Below are positions 10,046 through 18,372 of a DNA stretch of 64,000 nucleotides, piece after piece. Under the pieces are notes generated by a model, which did no database searches, was not told the origin of the DNA, and saw only the letters and a list, made by a program, of their open reading frames with translations. The DNA is taken from contig CAMBUL010000001.1 in the NCBI GenBank assembly GCA_945871065.1, positions 41,666 through 105,665 of the forward strand, written 5' to 3'. The translations under genes and the position numbers were made by a program. Numbering within the stretch: the first letter of the stretch is position 1; every line of letters starts with the position of its first letter. The DNA comes from Chthoniobacter flavus. GTDB taxonomy: Bacteria; Verrucomicrobiota; Verrucomicrobiia; Chthoniobacterales; JACTMZ01.

Positions 10046-11314
10046 CTATTCGAGGGCCTTTTTGACGAACGCCTCCTCCTCCTCCACCATGCGCGTCCAG
10101 TTCGCCCGATAGTCCGGATCGTAACGCTGATCCATCAAGTCGACCAAAGCCCGCCTCCGCGTAACCAGCTCGCGCAACACCGGGCCCATTTCTTCGTGCG
10201 TCTCGCGAAGCACACGGAGGGCCGCCGCCTCGCGATCCCAGAGTCCCCCGAACGATCCCGAGAATTCCACCGCCGAGTGCGGCTCGTCGCGCTCGCTGGG
10301 ATGATATATGTCCTCCGGCGATGGCCGTCCCCCGAGCAGGCGGGGCGCGATATGGATATTGGCCATGATGCCCTCGCGGTATTTTTGCCGCGCCCCCTGG
10401 TCGTCCCCTTCGAGACAAAGGGTGAGGCCCCAGGCGAAACTCAGCCAGGCGTGCGGCATATCTCCCGGATAGCGCACGGCATAATGCCGGAAAAACAAAG
10501 ACGCCTCCTCATTCTCGCCGGCCAGGAGAAGAAGGAGCGGGACATAAAACCGCGCGCCCGTATGGTCGTCCGGATCGGTCTCCAGCAATCGCTGGCCTGT
10601 CTCGGCTGCCTCCGCGGCACGACCAAGGTGCCACTGGCAGAGCATCGTGCCAAAAAGCGACCGCAGTAAAGGCCGCGTCGTCCGATCGGTCCACCACTGG
10701 ACCGCGCGCCGCCGCAGCAAGGGGCACTCGATTTCTTCAATCTGTGCGAACAAACCCAAACTCTTTTCGTATCGCCCGGCCTGAAATTCCATCTCCGCGA
10801 GTTCGATCAACGCCGCGGTGCAGGCAGGATCGATTTCGGCTGCTTTCTCCAAAGTGGCACGCCGTTTCCCGGGCGAACGCAGCCGGGGCACATTACGGAG
10901 CAGACCTTCGGCCACCGCCGACTTCGGTAGGGCGGGCACGCGGGGGCTGTCTCCTTGCAGGCCGGCCAACTCGGACTGAAGCCTTGCTTCGTGTGGAGGG
11001 GGATTGACCAGTTTAACTTTCGTTTTCCAGTCACGTCCGAAATATTTCCATTCCTCCGAAACCCACTCCGGAGCCTTCCAGACCGACAATTGGTCCGGCA
11101 CACCGAGATCGTCGAAGTGATGGGCCACCCATTCTTCTGCTTCCACTTGGTCCAGTTCGTGGAAGATGGCCGGTGGGGCGAGGGGTTCGAAGGATGGACC
11201 AACCAACAGGAGAATGGTCGGTAGATAAAAATCCTCCTCCACCGGCAACGGCTCGGGCAAATCCACCCAGCAGAGAGACCAGATCGACGGAGTATTTTTC
11301 AGCGGTTGGATCAT
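10046..11314 (-). CDS. ST7-like / TPR helical-repeat protein, function unknown
   Basis: ATG 11314 overlaps the stop of the upstream exonuclease gene (ATGA). The C-terminal half has TPR-like pairs ('LIELAEMEFQAGRYEKSLGLF', 'MLCQWHLGRAAEAAETGQRLLETDP'). Confidence 0.5.
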   Translation of the reverse strand: MIQPLKNTPSIWSLCWVDLPEPLPVEEDFYLPTILLLVGPSFEPLAPPAIFHELDQVEAEEWVAHHFDDLGVPDQLSVWKAPEWVSEEWKYFGRDWKTKVKLVNPPPHEARLQSELAGLQGDSPRVPALPKSAVAEGLLRNVPRLRSPGKRRATLEKAAEIDPACTAALIELAEMEFQAGRYEKSLGLFAQIEEIECPLLRRRAVQWWTDRTTRPLLRSLFGTMLCQWHLGRAAEAAETGQRLLETDPDDHTGARFYVPLLLLLAGENEEASLFFRHYAVRYPGDMPHAWLSFAWGLTLCLEGDDQGARQKYREGIMANIHIAPRLLGGRPSPEDIYHPSERDEPHSAVEFSGSFGGLWDREAAALRVLRETHEEMGPVLRELVTRRRALVDLMDQRYDPDYRANWTRMVEEEEAFVKKALE

Positions 11315-11877
11315 GCCGCGACACGCTCCCGGGCCGGCGTTCCCCATTCCACCGCGACGCGACGCTTGCGTCCTAACCGGTCATGATAAAAGACCTCGCC
11401 GTGAGACATGCCGTATTCATGGACCAGGCGTGTCACCTTCACATCAAAGCAGCAATAGCGGGCCACATCGAGTTTGCGGCCTTGCCGCCACCATTTGATG
11501 GCGTCAAGTCCATCCGCCGTCTTCCCGCAACCCAGCGTCGATTGAGACACGGCATCCAACCCGATGCGGTGTCCGATTTTTTCTTCCAGCGAAACCATCA
11601 GGTCGAGTGTCGGAACGCTGTGCGCCAGATCGATCACCGTGTAACCCATCAACACCTCGTAATCAAAATTGATAAGATTGAACCCGACGACAAGATCTGC
11701 ACGCTGCAATTGCCCGACCAGTTCGTGCACACGTTCCTCCCCGTAAACCGCATATTTCCCCGTGCCCGAGCTGTAGGTGGCACCCACCGTCATGCCCATG
11801 GCCGCTTTTTTGTCCCAGCCCCCCGCATCATTCGCCGTCCGTTGTGTCTCGAGATCGAAATAAACAATATCCGCCAT
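11311..11877 (-). CDS. RNase H-fold DEDD-type 3'-5' exonuclease-like protein
   Basis: 'IVYFDLET' (ExoI), 'VGFNLINFDYEVL' (ExoII) and 'YCCFDVKVT' (ExoIII) motifs. Confidence 0.65.
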   Translation of the reverse strand: MADIVYFDLETQRTANDAGGWDKKAAMGMTVGATYSSGTGKYAVYGEERVHELVGQLQRADLVVGFNLINFDYEVLMGYTVIDLAHSVPTLDLMVSLEEKIGHRIGLDAVSQSTLGCGKTADGLDAIKWWRQGRKLDVARYCCFDVKVTRLVHEYGMSHGEVFYHDRLGRKRRVAVEWGTPARERVAA

Positions 11878-12010
11878 GGCCGCCTTTTCTATCCGCCCGT
11901 CCGCCGCCGCACAAGATCCACCCCTTCTCTCAAAGTCTCAAACTCATCCTTCATGGCCCCCTTCCCGCTTGAGCCTATGCCCCGGGTGCGCTTTATTGCC
12001 TCTTCACCAA

Positions 12011-12084
12011 GCACCCGTAGCTCAACTGGATAGAGCGCTGGCCTCCGAAGCCAGAGGTTGTGGGTTCGACCCCCGCCGGGTGCA
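12011..12084 (+). tRNA. tRNA-Arg (anticodon CCG)
   Basis: Hand-folded cloverleaf: acceptor GCACCCG/CGGGTGC, D-arm GCTC-AACTGGATA-GAGC, anticodon arm CTGGC-CTCCGAA-GCCAG, T-arm GTGGG-TTCGACC-CCCGC. No encoded CCA. Confidence 0.9.
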
Positions 12085-12093
12085 CACTTACGA

Positions 12094-12291
12094 TTAGTTC
12101 GCCGAAGGCAAGGCGCGATAGGAATACTCCACGTAAGGGCGGTCCCAGTCCGCTGGGGTATCCTCAACCGGACCGGTTAGTTCTTCTGGCATAACCATGA
12201 CAAGCACACGGCGTTTGCGGTCAAGGTGGACCGGGTGGTTGAAACGCACGGACCCTGTTTCGTCTATCTCTGCCTCGAGAGTTTGGATCAT
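12094..12291 (-). CDS. Orphan small antitoxin-like protein (AF2212/DUF104-like)
   Basis: 65-aa ORF ending 9 nt from the tRNA. '[29 protein letters not shown]' resembles the short swapped-hairpin antitoxin layout. No toxin gene is adjacent. Confidence 0.4.
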   Translation of the reverse strand: MIQTLEAEIDETGSVRFNHPVHLDRKRRVLVMVMPEELTGPVEDTPADWDRPYVEYSYRALPSAN

Positions 12292-12400
12292 AGGGAAAAA
12301 ATAGGTCGGCCGGGCGGGTTGTCAAATGGTGATGCAGTAGGCGGAAGGTGTCATAGGGGTTGCTTTCCTGCCGGTATCCGGGCATGTTCTGTGTCTTTCT

Positions 12401-12634
12401 ATGAAGAACAAAATTGTCGAGTTGCCGGATCGCCGCTACGGGGCGAATCATCACATTTGGGACAACAACGGAACCTGGTGGTGCCACCTGAGCCTTGAGC
12501 GCAGGACCGGACCAGCCAAGCGGGTGAGGTTCTCTTTGCGGACGAACAATGTGCGGGAAGCGCGCAAACGGCGCGACCTCATCATGAACGCCAACGAGAC
12601 CAAAGCCAAAGCCTTGATCAAATCCTGGAAGTAA
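12401..12634 (+). pseudogene. Possible tyrosine-integrase N-terminal fragment (catalytic domain absent)
   Basis: 77-aa ORF. 'HIWDNNGTWWCHLSL...KRVRFSLRTNNVREARKRRDLIM' resembles integrase arm/SAM-like N-termini. It lies beside a tRNA gene. Confidence 0.35.
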
Positions 12635-12652
12635 GAGACGAGGCCGCCCCCG

Positions 12653-13456
12653 CTATTCGGTCACCACGCGATAGAAAGCACTGCCGGTCGGCGCGTTGGT
12701 ATCGTGGAAAATACCGGTCGTGTTGTTCGAAGAGACGACGGACCAAGTGCCGTGTCCGAGCTTTTCCCGGCGCTCCACGCGCACCGGGGAATTGGTCGAG
12801 AGTGGCGTCCAGCGAATTTCCACCGCATCGGAAGCGTGGGTCAAACTTGTGATGGCGAAGGGTACCACGCGGACCTTGTTGATGAGGACGAGGTAATCGA
12901 CCGAAAGGGAGGGTGAAAGCAGAGGTAGTTGACCGAAAACCGGACCCAATTGTGCCGCAGCGTTGTAAACCAGAACCGCACCAATAGCCTCAATCACAGT
13001 TTGTCCCGTACCCAAGACACTTCCAAATACAGCGTAGTTGAAATCGAGGCCTGGGTTGTCGGTAACATTGAAAAACCATTGGCTGGTGGCGCTATCAGGA
13101 TCGGATGTCCGGGCCATGGCGAGCGTACCGAGAGCATTGAGTCTCCCGGCTTCCAGCGGGATCGGTGGATCACTGGGGATGGGCGGAAGAGTATTGCCGA
13201 CGAGTTCGAAACCCCCGCCCTGCACGATTTGAATATCGAGAGGATTGTAAGTTGTGCTTCGATGAATGATGCTGGCGTCGTAGGCGCCGCGATTGGCATA
13301 GGCGCTGAAATTGCCGACTGACCGCGGAGCAGCGATGGGATCGAGCAAAACGTCAAAGTCGCCCATGTTCGATTCAAACCGCGCGACAAGGGGATCCGCA
13401 GAAACAGGGAAGGTGCTGAGGAGGAGACAGACTATGGTGAGCAGTCGGGACTTCAT
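12653..13456 (-). CDS. Secreted cyclophilin-type peptidyl-prolyl cis-trans isomerase with extra C-terminal beta-rich domain
   Basis: Signal peptide and cyclophilin core 'FDVLLDPIAAPRSVGNFSAYANRGAYDASIIHRS...VQGGGFE...GTLAMARTSDPDSATSQWFFNV'. Confidence 0.85.
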   Translation of the reverse strand: MKSRLLTIVCLLLSTFPVSADPLVARFESNMGDFDVLLDPIAAPRSVGNFSAYANRGAYDASIIHRSTTYNPLDIQIVQGGGFELVGNTLPPIPSDPPIPLEAGRLNALGTLAMARTSDPDSATSQWFFNVTDNPGLDFNYAVFGSVLGTGQTVIEAIGAVLVYNAAAQLGPVFGQLPLLSPSLSVDYLVLINKVRVVPFAITSLTHASDAVEIRWTPLSTNSPVRVERREKLGHGTWSVVSSNNTTGIFHDTNAPTGSAFYRVVTE

Positions 13457-13877
13457 CCGGTGGAGAAACTAAATTACTTCAGGGCATGGTGCAAATCGAT
13501 GCGGGCAAGAAATTCGTTCTTTGTTCGTCAGGGCCGGAACATTTTTCGTCGTTTTGTGCGGATGACAACTTTGTTGGCGGGGTGTGGACAAGATGCTCAT
13601 GGTGTGGACAACTTGATGTTCCACGTTGTTCCGTGAATGTTACCCGCCGGATACTGACCTTTGTTCACCGCGATCCATCGCCGTGGAACGCGCATTGGTG
13701 GGGCGTGGAGCAGGAGGTGTCCGGGTTGTTCACATCCTTATGATTGATAGTCTTGTAGGGTTTTAAAAACTTCCCATCCCCAGAGGTTGTGAACAAATGC
13801 CACCGGGTAGAAGTTTGAGAGAGGAAATCATAAATTGAAGATTTCAAGACGCCCAAGCGGAGATAAGATCGGGCCTG

Positions 13878-14987
13878 ATGAATTCTTTGTTTCCGCTGTT
13901 CGAACCGTTGCGCGTCGGCGCAACGGAAGTGCCGAATCGTTTGTTCATGGCTCCCCTTACCCGATGCCGGGCTGAAGCGGAGCATGTGCCGGGACAACTT
14001 ATGGCGGAATACTACGCGCAGCGTTCCACGGCGGGACTGATCATTGCCGAGGCGACGATGGCGATGGAGGGAAACTCGGCCTTTTATGCGGAGCCGGGAA
14101 TTTACTCGGCGGCGCAGGTTGCGGGGTGGAAAGCGGTGACCGACGCGGTGCACGGGGCCGGAGGACGAATTTTTTTGCAGATTTGGCATGGGGGACGGGC
14201 GTGTCATCCGTTTTTCAATAATGGGGCACAGCCGGTGGCGCCGAGTGCCCTGGCGATCACTAATGACGAGGTGCACACCCCGGAGGGGAAGAAGCCGTAT
14301 ACTATGCCGCGGGAACTGCGCGATGATGAATTGCCGGGCATTGTGGCTGGTTTCAAAAAGGCGGCGGAGAATGCCAAGGCGGCGGGGTTTGACGGGGTCG
14401 AGGTGCACGGGGCAAACGGGTATTTGCTCGATGAATTTTTGCGCGATGGGTCGAACCAACGGACGGGGGCCTACGGCGGATCAATCGAAAACCGGGCGCG
14501 TTTGTTGCTCGAGGTGATCGAGGCGGTATCTGGGGTGTGGGGCGCGGATCGCGTCGGCCTGCGTGTGTCTCCGCTGAACAGTTTCAACAGCATGAGCGAC
14601 AGCGATCCAATCGGATTGATATCGTGGCTGGGTGCGCAGCTGAACGCCTGCGGCCTGGCTTATTGGCATGTCATGCGGGCGGATTTTCTCGGACAGCAAA
14701 GCGGCGATGTGATGTCGGCCGCGCGGGCAGCCTATAATGGGGTGCTGGTCGGGAATATGGGCTACACACCGCAAGAAGCGGCGGAGGCTATAGCCGAGAA
14801 AAAGCTCGATGCGGTGGCCTTTGGCCAACCGTTCTTGGCTAACCCGGATTTGCCGGCGCGGGTCAAAGCGGGCGCAGCCCTCAACACACCGGATGAAACG
14901 ACGTTCTACTCACCGGGGGCTAAAGGCTATACGGATTATCCGGCGATGAAGGCAGGTTCGTCCTGTGATACCCTGACGAACGGATGA
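13878..14987 (+). CDS. Old Yellow Enzyme family NADH:flavin oxidoreductase (NemA-like)
   Basis: 'LFEPLRVGATEVPNRLFMAPLTRCRA' and 'VEVHGANGYLLDEFL' OYE motifs over the full length. Confidence 0.9.
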   Translation: MNSLFPLFEPLRVGATEVPNRLFMAPLTRCRAEAEHVPGQLMAEYYAQRSTAGLIIAEATMAMEGNSAFYAEPGIYSAAQVAGWKAVTDAVHGAGGRIFLQIWHGGRACHPFFNNGAQPVAPSALAITNDEVHTPEGKKPYTMPRELRDDELPGIVAGFKKAAENAKAAGFDGVEVHGANGYLLDEFLRDGSNQRTGAYGGSIENRARLLLEVIEAVSGVWGADRVGLRVSPLNSFNSMSDSDPIGLISWLGAQLNACGLAYWHVMRADFLGQQSGDVMSAARAAYNGVLVGNMGYTPQEAAEAIAEKKLDAVAFGQPFLANPDLPARVKAGAALNTPDETTFYSPGAKGYTDYPAMKAGSSCDTLTNG

Positions 14988-15234
14988 GCGGAGCCCGCAG
15001 CGCTGGCGGGACGGCCTAATAGAGCAGCGGTGCTCAAAGGCGGATCGAGACCACGCGCAATGGTATGGTGTCGTGGGAAGGATCTCAGGCTAACCGAGGT
15101 CTATACCCAAAACAGCGAGCAAGGACTGCCGACCAAGTCACCACGCCATCCCGCAGCCCACCGCTTGTCACTTTTTCACTGCCGTCTGTCCCTATAGCCC
15201 TCTCGTCCCATAAATTATGGTAGAAAATTATGGA

Positions 15235-15260
15235 GATTCACCTACTAAAAATGGTGAATC
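15235..15260. promoter_or_regulatory. Perfect 8-bp inverted repeat GATTCACC-N10-GGTGAATC in AT-rich DNA upstream of the 15307 gene
   Basis: Read directly. Preceded by the direct repeat AAATTATGG-N4-AAATTATGG (15212-15233). Confidence 0.35.
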
Positions 15261-15306
15261 AAATATTCAAGGAGGATGACAATCCCTAGTTTAATTTTTT
15301 ACCATC

Positions 15307-15882
15307 ATGAGAAATAACGCCGTTATCTTGATTTTTTCTTTTTGGTTGGTTCTTGGACTTGGCCAGGCGCTTGGTGTGGAGGACCTGGAAGGAGGTTTTG
15401 ATCATCTGGACAAGATGAAAACCACCGCTTCAACCAGCGCACCGACCAATGAGCTTCTTTTAGATTCTACCGTAAAATCTTTCTTCGGAGATGCTTCGTC
15501 CACGCTGACGCGATGGCGGAGCAACCACTTCACCCTTTATTTGTTCACCGTTAGTGTTTTGACCGGTTTGGGTGTGGGATTTATGGCCGCGTTACTGGCC
15601 CATTACGGGTGCGACCCACGGGCCACATGGAGGACTGTTCGGAAAAAATCGACCTGGCTGGCCGCGGCGTGCGGTTTGGGGACTGCTGTTTTGTTGGTCG
15701 GAGTGATGCTACCCATCCCTCCCCAAGGCCGGTTCACTTACCTTGTTCTTTCCGTCGCGACGTGTGCCGCGAGTGCCGCGCTGGGATGTTTGCTTTGTTT
15801 TGTCGTCGTGCGCCGGATCCGTCAGGGCCGCGCGGACAAGGCCGGACTTCTTTTCAATCTTGAACGGATGAAGGGCTTTTAG
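15307..15882 (+). CDS. Hypothetical membrane protein
   Basis: Signal-like 'MRNNAVILIFSFWLVLGLGQALG' plus three hydrophobic helices. The 5' third is visibly AT-rich. No homolog recognised. Confidence 0.45.
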   Translation: MRNNAVILIFSFWLVLGLGQALGVEDLEGGFDHLDKMKTTASTSAPTNELLLDSTVKSFFGDASSTLTRWRSNHFTLYLFTVSVLTGLGVGFMAALLAHYGCDPRATWRTVRKKSTWLAAACGLGTAVLLVGVMLPIPPQGRFTYLVLSVATCAASAALGCLLCFVVVRRIRQGRADKAGLLFNLERMKGF

Positions 15883-15988
15883 CCGTGTTTCGGGAGAAAC
15901 CGGTCAGCAACTTTTGACCTAGGCATGCCGGGTCCCCCCGATCCGCTACAGCCTAAAAAATAACTAGTTCCAGCCCTTCGTGGGATGT

Positions 15989-17365
15989 TCAGATGTGGAT
16001 GGCGTGACCGCGGGATTGTTCGGCCGCTTCGTGAATCGATTCGCTGAGTGTAGGATGAGCGTGGATGGTCGAGATGAGTTCCTCGTGGGTCGCTTCCATC
16101 TCGATGGCCAGGCCGAGCTCGGCGATCATTTCGGTGGCGTGGGCACCGAGGATGTGGGCGCCCAGGATTTCTCCGTGCGGTTCGCCGAAAATGATTTTGA
16201 CGAAGCCTTCGCTTTCGCCCACGGCGAGGGCTTTGCCACTGGCCATGAAAGGGAATTTTCCGACTTTGTATTTGAGGCCTTTTTCTTTCGCCGCCCGTTC
16301 GGTCAGCCCGACGCTGGCCACTTGCGGTTCGCAGTAGGTGCAGCCCGGGAAGACATCCACTTTGCGTGGGGATTTGCCGGCGAACATACCTTCTACGGCC
16401 TGGATGGCCTCGAAGCTGGCCACGTGGGCGAGCCAAGGCGGCCCGATGATATCGCCGGCGGCGAAGACACCACGCATCGAAGTTTCGTAGCGGTCGTTGG
16501 TTTGGATCCAGCCCTTCGGATCGAGTTTGACCTTTAGTCCTTCGGGCAGGAGGGGAGCCACCCCGATGGCCACGAGAGCAATGGGCGCTTCGAGCGTTTC
16601 GTTGGCTTTGCCGCTGACCGTGAGTTTGACCCCTTTGTGGGTCGCTTCGGCTTTGTCGACTTTGGTGCCGGTGAGGAAGCGGATACCTTGCTTGGTCAGG
16701 GATTTTTCCAAGGCCACGGAGACATCGGTATCTTCAACCGGGAGAATGTTGGGCAGCATTTCAACCACGGTGACCTTGGTGCCGAAGGCGTTGAAAAAGT
16801 AGGCGAATTCGATGCCGATGGCGCCGGCACCGATGATGATGATTTCTTTCGGTTGCTCGGGCAGGACCATGGCTTGTTTGCTGCCGATGACGCTCTTGCC
16901 GTTAAAGGGGAAGCCGGGCATTTCGCGAGAGACGACGCCGGTGGTGACGAGGATTTTCGATGCGGTATGCGTGACTTTTTTGCCCTCAGCGTCGGTGACT
17001 TCCACCACCCCGGCTTTGGGAATGGCGGCGGTGCCGCGGAGGTAATCGACCTTGTTTTTTTTAAGGAGCATCTCGATACCGCCGGCCAGTTTGTCGACCA
17101 CACCACGGCTGCGGCTAATCACTTTGGTCCAATCGAAGGAAAGCTTTTCGAAGGTCATACCGAACTCGGCGGCATGCTTGGACATCATTTGGTAAAGCTC
17201 CGCGTTGCGGATGAGCGATTTGGTCGGGATACAACCCCAGTTGAGGCAAGTGCCGCCGACACGTTCCAGTTCGACGCAAGCCACCTTTTTGCCGAGTTGC
17301 GCGGCGCGGATTGCGCCGACGTATCCGGCGGGGCCGCCGCCTACCACAATGAGGTCGTATGCCAT
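15989..17365 (-). CDS. lpdA: Dihydrolipoyl dehydrogenase (E3)
   Basis: 'YDLIVVGGGPAGYVGAIRAAQLG', redox disulfide 'GGTCLNWGCIPTK' and C-terminal 'HAHPTLSE'. ATG 17365 chosen. Confidence 0.92.
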   Translation of the reverse strand: MAYDLIVVGGGPAGYVGAIRAAQLGKKVACVELERVGGTCLNWGCIPTKSLIRNAELYQMMSKHAAEFGMTFEKLSFDWTKVISRSRGVVDKLAGGIEMLLKKNKVDYLRGTAAIPKAGVVEVTDAEGKKVTHTASKILVTTGVVSREMPGFPFNGKSVIGSKQAMVLPEQPKEIIIIGAGAIGIEFAYFFNAFGTKVTVVEMLPNILPVEDTDVSVALEKSLTKQGIRFLTGTKVDKAEATHKGVKLTVSGKANETLEAPIALVAIGVAPLLPEGLKVKLDPKGWIQTNDRYETSMRGVFAAGDIIGPPWLAHVASFEAIQAVEGMFAGKSPRKVDVFPGCTYCEPQVASVGLTERAAKEKGLKYKVGKFPFMASGKALAVGESEGFVKIIFGEPHGEILGAHILGAHATEMIAELGLAIEMEATHEELISTIHAHPTLSESIHEAAEQSRGHAIHI

Positions 17366-17423
17366 AAGAACGTGTAACATGCCTGTTTTGGGGAGGGGGA
17401 CTCAAGAAGGAATGGTCCGTAAA

Positions 17424-17460
17424 AGTTTGCAGTGTTCAGTTTTCAGCATTGAGCAAAGAC
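17424..17460 (+). repeat. Heptad-periodic repeat, copy A (TTTGCAG TGTTCAG TTTTCAG CATTGAG CAAAGAC)
   Basis: Read directly. Ends 14 nt before the mutM ATG. 33/37 identical to copy B. Confidence 0.8.
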
Positions 17461-17474
17461 ATTAGGATACCCGG

Positions 17475-18266
17475 ATGCCGGAACTCGCCGAGGTGGCTTT
17501 TTATTCCAAGAAGTGGGCACCCGGGCTCGGGGATCGTGTCACGGAGGTGATTTGCCGGGAGCGGGCCCGGATTTACCGGACGGCGGTGCCGGCGGAAATC
17601 CGGCGCGGACTGCAAGGGAAGAAGCTCACTGGTATCGAGACCAAGGGGAAGCAAATGCGTTTCGTTTTCGAGGAGGCGAGCCTCGGGCTGCATCTCGGGA
17701 TGACGGGCAAACTTCTGGTCAAAGGCCAAGACCATGAACCCGGGCGTCATGACCATCTGGTCATCCGGCAGACCAAGCGTTCGCTCGTTTTCCGCGATGC
17801 GCGGATGTTCGGGGCTCTCAAATTCGATCCGCGTGAGGAACCTAATTGGTGGGTGAAGCTGCCACCGGAGGTCGTCTCGCGGTCGTTTACCTCCAAGGTG
17901 GTGAGTGCCTATTTGCGCCGGCGCAAGGGAAGTCCGCTCAAGGCGGTCCTGCTCCAGCAAGAGCGGTTTCCGGGGGTGGGCAATTGGATGGCGGATGAAA
18001 TCCTCTGGCGTTGCCATTTCCATCCCGGACGCAGGGCGGGAACATTGAGCGAGGAAGAAGCACAAATTTTCTTCCGGAATACGAAGCAACTTTGCCGCGA
18101 TGCGCTGAAAATCATCGGCCCAAACCACGGACGTCCCCCGTCCTCCTGGCTTTTCCGGCACCGTTGGCGGCGCGGCGGGAAGTGTCCGCGGGACGGAGCG
18201 ACGCTCGAGCGGGCGACGATCGGCGGTCGGACCACGGCCTGGTGTGCGCAGTGCCAGCGGATGTGA
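17475..18266 (+). CDS. mutM: Fpg/Nei-family DNA glycosylase (formamidopyrimidine-DNA glycosylase-like)
   Basis: N-terminal 'MPELAEV' (Pro2/Glu3) and C-terminal zinc finger 'CPRDGATLERATIGGRTTAWCAQCQ'. Confidence 0.8.
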   Translation: MPELAEVAFYSKKWAPGLGDRVTEVICRERARIYRTAVPAEIRRGLQGKKLTGIETKGKQMRFVFEEASLGLHLGMTGKLLVKGQDHEPGRHDHLVIRQTKRSLVFRDARMFGALKFDPREEPNWWVKLPPEVVSRSFTSKVVSAYLRRRKGSPLKAVLLQQERFPGVGNWMADEILWRCHFHPGRRAGTLSEEEAQIFFRNTKQLCRDALKIIGPNHGRPPSSWLFRHRWRRGGKCPRDGATLERATIGGRTTAWCAQCQRM

Positions 18267-18283
18267 ACCGCCGCGGAGCCGCG

Positions 18284-18320
18284 AGTTTGCAGTGTTCGGT
18301 CTTCAGTATTCAGCAAAGAC
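18284..18320 (+). repeat. Heptad-periodic repeat, copy B (TTTGCAG TGTTCGG TCTTCAG TATTCAG CAAAGAC)
   Basis: Read directly. Starts 18 nt after the mutM stop and exactly 860 nt from copy A. Confidence 0.8.
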
Positions 18321-18372
18321 GGAAATTGCTCAGGGCTGTCTCATGGACTCGGACCAGAGGAAGGCCAACGGG

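Noticed and set aside
13665-14459. 264-aa minus-strand ORF overlapping the OYE reductase gene
   Set aside because: Arg-rich antisense translation. OYE motifs on the plus strand explain the open frame.
15276-15317. 13-codon mini-ORF (MTIPSLIFYHHEK) directly after an AAGGAGG box, considered as a leader peptide
   Set aside because: The SD-like box abuts the ATG with no spacing. The peptide has no regulatory-codon run. It overlaps the start of the 15307 ORF out of frame. There is no supporting evidence.
17424-17460. Heptad repeats (contain TGTTC) considered as LexA/SOS operators flanking mutM and within dinB-dnaE2
   Set aside because: The verrucomicrobial LexA motif I recall is palindromic (TGTTC-N4-GAACA). 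These tracts are purely direct 7-nt repeats with no GAACA partner at the right spacing, and two copies lie inside coding sequence.
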